From NCBI GenBank assembly GCA_031426555.1, contig JANPLN010000015.1, forward strand, positions 61,092 through 125,091: DNA of 64,000 nucleotides, written 5' to 3'. Below the pieces are notes generated by a model, which saw only the letters and a list, made by a program, of their open reading frames with translations, had not been told where the DNA came from and did no database searches. The DNA comes from Bdellovibrionales bacterium (lineage in GTDB: Bacteria > Bdellovibrionota > Bdellovibrionia > Bdellovibrionales > JAGQZY01). The position numbers and the translations under genes were made by a program. Each line of letters begins with the position of its first letter. The first letter of the stretch is position 1. Shown here piece by piece: positions 60,512-64,000 of this stretch.

Positions 60512-61310
60512 TTCAAAAAGTAAATATTCTAGATTGGGCCAAGCCGCAAGTTTGTACGCCAACAGATTTAGATTCTCAGTTCATCCGTTAGCTATGCACG
60601 GGAAAATTCCTATCACGAGTAACGGTTGTCGAGATGCAACTAGGGATCCGATCAAAATAATCGATTGGTGGCAAAAAACACCTTACGCAAACATTGGAAT
60701 CGCAACAGGCGGTGGATCTGGAATTGGCGTTCTAGACATTGATGCTAAGCCCGATGCAAACCAAATCCTATTCGAGCTTGAAACTGAGTTTGGAAAGTTA
60801 CCGGAGACTCCACATGTTCTAACTGGTGGGAGGGGACTTCATTTTTATTTTAAAGTGGATGAACCGCTTCCGAACAAAGCCGGGATCAGGGCGGGGGTGG
60901 ATTTCAGGGGTGAAGGCGGCTACGTCGTGGCTCCTCCATCTACGCACTCGAATGGGAATCTTTATGAATGGGAAATATGTCATCACATTAATGACATTCC
61001 TTTGGCACCGATTCCTGTTTGGTTGAAAAACCTTGTTACCGGTGGCGCGTCGGGCCAGCCGAAGACGAGGCCAAAAAGTTTTTGGTCAGCGATGCTTGAG
61101 AGCGGCGTTACTGAAGGAAAACGCAATCAATCTGTTGCAGAGATCACGGGTCATCTCTTGAGGCGATATATAGATCCAGAGTTAGCAATCCATATAATCA
61201 AAGCAATTAACAATGAATATGTAAAACCTCCTCTCCCGCCCAACGAGATAGAGAGAATTGTCGAATCTATAGCGGGCAAAGAGCTAAAGCGCAGGAAGGC
61301 TTCCAAATGA
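60483..61310 (+). CDS. Bifunctional DNA primase/polymerase (Prim-Pol) with a PriCT-like C-terminus
   Basis: It contains IGIATGGGSGIGVLDIDAK, TGGRGLHFYF and GVDFRGEGGYVVAPPSTHSNGNLYEW. The C-terminal sequence is GKRNQSVAEITGHLLRR. Confidence 0.85.
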   Translation: MFMVQTTQVNSKSKYSRLGQAASLYANRFRFSVHPLAMHGKIPITSNGCRDATRDPIKIIDWWQKTPYANIGIATGGGSGIGVLDIDAKPDANQILFELETEFGKLPETPHVLTGGRGLHFYFKVDEPLPNKAGIRAGVDFRGEGGYVVAPPSTHSNGNLYEWEICHHINDIPLAPIPVWLKNLVTGGASGQPKTRPKSFWSAMLESGVTEGKRNQSVAEITGHLLRRYIDPELAIHIIKAINNEYVKPPLPPNEIERIVESIAGKELKRRKASK

Positions 61311-62710
61311 GTAACCTTGATGAACTAAAAGAATTTAATCCCTCAAATAACAAGGACGAGCAGCGGATTGTTTTCAACAAAGCCAAGGCGTTTCCATCTC
61401 CTATTGCCGATGAATCGCTCATAGGCCTCACTGGTAAGTTTGTGAGCGCGTTTGAGCCATATACCGAGGCCGATCAGCACGCCCTCCTCATTCAGTTCTT
61501 AGTAGCTTTTGCTAACATTGTCGGAAGGTCGCCATATATCGCAATAGGGGCCTCTAAGCAGCATTTAAACCTCTTTACGTGCGTTGTGGGCAACTCTTCC
61601 ACCGCAAGGAAGGGTACGAGCTGGGACTGCGTTGGGATGGTTTTTAAAGCCGTGGATCCTAAATGGTGGGACGAGAAGAGAGTTTTTGGTTTGGGTTCGG
61701 GAGAGGGCCTCATCGCATCCGTTAAAGATCACGAGATCACGGACATTATGAGTATAGACTATGAGACCATAAACGATAAGCGGGCGTTAGTTATAGAGTC
61801 CGAACTAGCTTCCATGATAAATTCCATGCGACGGGAAGGGAGCACGCTTTCGGCCAATTTTAGAAACGCTTGGGACTCGGGTGACCTCAGAATCACAACC
61901 AAGAAAGACTCGATCCGTTCGACAAATGCTCACATCTCAATGATTGGACACTGCACAGGCACTGAGCTTCAGCGTTTAATCACGGACATTGATATCAATA
62001 ATGGCCTGGCGAATAGATTTATCTGGGTTTGTGCGAAAAGATCAAAGTTATTGGCGCTCCCTAAAGAGCCAAATCCTGTAGAGATTGCAACATTAGTCGA
62101 ATCGTTAAAACAGGCCAAAGAGTTTGGTGCAAAACAAACTAAGCTGACGATGAATGAGGAAAGCGAACAGCTGTACACAGAATTGTATCCAGCGCTAGTG
62201 CGAGAACGCCCAGGGATTCAAGGCGTTTTGTCTGCCCGAGCCGCTCCGATAATCCTTCGGCTATCCGGCATTTACGCAATCTTAGATAAAAGCGTAGAAA
62301 TAAAACCTCAACATTTGAAGGCCGCAGTCGGTGTTTGGGAATACTCCGAGAAAAGTATTCAGTACATATTTGGCGAAAAGACGGGGAATAAACTGTCTGA
62401 TCGACTGTTCGTGGCGCTTCAGAATAAACCCGGCGGGTTTACTCAAACCGAAATAAGCCGAGAGGTCTTTCGCGCAAACGCTTCCTCCGAGAAAATCGCT
62501 GAGGCTATTGAGTATCTTTCAAATCAAAATATTATCCGAAGCGTTGAGGAAACATCTGACGCGGGTCGAAAGGTGATTCGTTGGAGATTAGCCTCTACGA
62601 ACTACGAAATGAACGAATTTAACGAACTCACAGAATTCGTAAATTCGTCGAATTCGTACAATTCGTACTTCGTACCGGTGAAAAACGAGGGAGAAGAGTA
62701 TGTATCTTAA
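61307..62710 (+). CDS. DUF3987-like protein (Prim-Pol-associated putative helicase or loader)
   Basis: 467 aa, overlapping prim-pol by 4 nt. It has the degenerate P-loop-like sequence GNSSTARKGTS. The family call is from memory and from gene context. Confidence 0.5.
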   Translation: MSNLDELKEFNPSNNKDEQRIVFNKAKAFPSPIADESLIGLTGKFVSAFEPYTEADQHALLIQFLVAFANIVGRSPYIAIGASKQHLNLFTCVVGNSSTARKGTSWDCVGMVFKAVDPKWWDEKRVFGLGSGEGLIASVKDHEITDIMSIDYETINDKRALVIESELASMINSMRREGSTLSANFRNAWDSGDLRITTKKDSIRSTNAHISMIGHCTGTELQRLITDIDINNGLANRFIWVCAKRSKLLALPKEPNPVEIATLVESLKQAKEFGAKQTKLTMNEESEQLYTELYPALVRERPGIQGVLSARAAPIILRLSGIYAILDKSVEIKPQHLKAAVGVWEYSEKSIQYIFGEKTGNKLSDRLFVALQNKPGGFTQTEISREVFRANASSEKIAEAIEYLSNQNIIRSVEETSDAGRKVIRWRLASTNYEMNEFNELTEFVNSSNSYNSYFVPVKNEGEEYVS

Positions 62711-62942
62711 GAAAATGTCCGAGAGCACTGACGCAAGTTTGCAGGAGGCACTCTACCAAAGAATGAGTTTGGCCATTTCTAGAGTTGCCGAGCTTGTAGA
62801 CGAAAACACCGTGAACAGTCGTGGATTTAAAGCCTTACAAACACATACCAACAAAATAGAAACCTCATGCATAGCTGGTATTTCCAAATGGGAAGCGGCT
62901 TGGATTGAAGGTTTAACTAAACTACAAAGGAACGCACAATGA
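62700..62942 (+). CDS. Hypothetical protein
   Basis: It overlaps both neighbouring genes within the same operon. I recognise no family. Confidence 0.35.
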   Translation: MYLKKMSESTDASLQEALYQRMSLAISRVAELVDENTVNSRGFKALQTHTNKIETSCIAGISKWEAAWIEGLTKLQRNAQ

Positions 62943-63538
62943 AAACAAAGAAAATTATTAAAGCTAAAAGCAAGGCTCCACTGATAACAGTTGATAGCCC
63001 CAATATCTCCGACGAACTGCTAAATAAAATAAAGGAAATTAAGTTCGTGCCAAAATTCGAGACGAGTGATGGCGCTCTAAATCCGAAGGGAGATCAAGCC
63101 GCTTTTGATCGCTACGTTGGTTTATGTAAATCCACTGGTGCCGTAAGCACAGACTTACAGAATCATTTTATTCGACAGTTGTATGCACTTAAAGGTGGCT
63201 CGAGTGACAGCCACCTAAACGCAGCCTTAGCTTTTCTACACAGCATGAAGCCCACTGACGAGATGGAAACAATGCTTGCTGCTCAAATGTTTGTAGCCCA
63301 CGACATGACCATGAATACTGCAGCTAACGTGAATCGATGCGAAGACATGGAGATGAATGATCGATATGTAAACAGGTTCGCCAAGCTTACGAACGTATTT
63401 CGAGACAATTTAGAGGCGTTGAATAAGCATAGAGGAAAAGGTCAGCAAAAAGTGACCGTCGAACATGTTCACGTGCACAGTGGCGGGCAAGCAATAGTTG
63501 GCACAGTTGAGGGGGGAGGGGTCCATGGGAAAAAGTGA
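62939..63538 (+). CDS. Hypothetical mobile-element protein
   Basis: 199 aa. The C-terminal pattern is EALNKHRGKGQQKVTVEHVHVHSGGQAIVG. I believe similar proteins occur on other proteobacterial islands, but I have not verified this. Confidence 0.45.
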   Translation: MKTKKIIKAKSKAPLITVDSPNISDELLNKIKEIKFVPKFETSDGALNPKGDQAAFDRYVGLCKSTGAVSTDLQNHFIRQLYALKGGSSDSHLNAALAFLHSMKPTDEMETMLAAQMFVAHDMTMNTAANVNRCEDMEMNDRYVNRFAKLTNVFRDNLEALNKHRGKGQQKVTVEHVHVHSGGQAIVGTVEGGGVHGKK

Positions 63539-63815
63539 TGAAACACCCCATGCAAGCCGAGGATGGCTTCGCAATGGTAATCCCCCGGGTGATTTGTCCA
63601 ATCTCCCTAAGTGTGGTGCTAAAACGCGTTTAAAGGGCTTATGTAAGGCTCCAGCAATGAGAAATGGGCGCTGCCGTATGCATGGAGGTAAAAGCACCGG
63701 CCCTCGTACGGAAGAGGGAAAAGATCGAATCAGCAACGCCAACTTTAAGCATGGTGAATATTCTCAAAAGACCTTGCTGATTAAAAAAACGCTTAAGAAA
63801 TTTTCCAATGTGTAG
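63525..63815 (+). CDS. Small Cys-rich protein with an HGGxSTGPRTxEG motif
   Basis: The ATG at 63525 follows ggagggg. The sequence is CGAKTRLKGLCKAPAMRNGRCRMHGGKSTGPRTEEGK. Confidence 0.5.
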   Translation: MGKSDETPHASRGWLRNGNPPGDLSNLPKCGAKTRLKGLCKAPAMRNGRCRMHGGKSTGPRTEEGKDRISNANFKHGEYSQKTLLIKKTLKKFSNV

Positions 63816-63871
63816 TTTAAAACTTTTAATTTTTGAGACAAACAAATGTATAATAATAAAGGGGGTATTCA

Positions 63872-64000
63872 ATGGGGTTTTTAAAAAAAGTTTTAGGTAG
63901 CGGAATCAAAGTGGCATCTGGTGGATTAATTCGAGACAAGCATATCAATGGCGCAACAGATTCCATAACGGACGCAATCGGAATAACAAATCGCGCTGGC
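63872..64000 (+). CDS. Hypothetical protein, 3'-truncated by window edge
   Basis: The ATG is preceded by aaaggggg, and the frame stays open to the end of the window (MGFLKKVLGSGIKVASGGLIRDKHINGATDS...). Confidence 0.3.
   Translation, partial: MGFLKKVLGSGIKVASGGLIRDKHINGATDSITDAIGITNRAG

Larger units (their letters stand above)
58441..64000 (+). mobile_element. Integrative element (P4/PICI-like layout: int, alpA-like, prim-pol, DUF3987-like); right end outside the window
   Basis: The gene content is listed in the following features. By eye the DNA is more AT-rich than its flanks. A tRNA-like fragment marks the left edge. Confidence 0.7.

Overview
This 64-kb window looks like chromosomal DNA from a Bdellovibrio-like predatory bacterium. 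That assignment is my inference, not a search result. It rests on groES-groEL being followed by a minus-strand Flp/Tad pilus operon that ends in a YD-repeat protein, which is the layout published for the B. bacteriovorus host-interaction (hit) locus. All calls come from reading the supplied translations and DNA by eye; no database search was run.

Content in order:
- 1-4.2 kb: groES (5' partial), groEL, a secreted protein and an outer-membrane protein.
- 4.2-15.1 kb: a CheY-like regulator coupled to a small anchored protein, then the Tad operon. The operon includes a 59-aa Flp pilin that the ORF track misses, a prepilin peptidase, three TadE-like pseudopilins, CpaB, a secretin, a fused TadZ-CpaF ATPase, one TadB/C protein and a YD-repeat protein.
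- 15.1-16.8 kb: an AT-rich insert with an 8.9-copy heptanucleotide repeat and an HNH endonuclease.
- 16.9-34.9 kb: housekeeping genes, namely ligA, gatCAB, rho (with an Asn-rich N-terminal extension), rpmE, prfA, prmC, murA, serS and tRNA-Ser(UGA). This stretch also holds a LysM lipoprotein, a PilZ protein and a GYF/TPR protein.
- 35-48.8 kb: an accessory-looking block. It contains a VOC protein, a desaturase, LysR with dabB-dabA, an acyltransferase, a coupled four-gene operon of haem-motif/DUF1588-like/DUF1501-like proteins, and a lipoprotein plus SLT-like pair.
- 49-58.3 kb: purT, a radical SAM/SPASM enzyme, a HAD hydrolase, a secreted glutaminase-like protein, rarD, two YbjQ proteins, an M48 peptidase, a LON-N domain protein and a YdjM-like protein.
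- 58.4 kb to the window end: an integrative element carrying a P4-type integrase, an AlpA-like protein, a Prim-Pol, a DUF3987-like protein and small conserved ORFs. A 13-nt tRNA-Ser 3'-end fragment marks its left edge; its right end lies outside the window.

The most interesting candidates are the hit-type Tad locus and its repeat-bearing promoter, the four-gene operon of unknown function, the DAB module in a predator, the Rho extension and the truncated mobile element. No CRISPR array or rRNA gene was seen.
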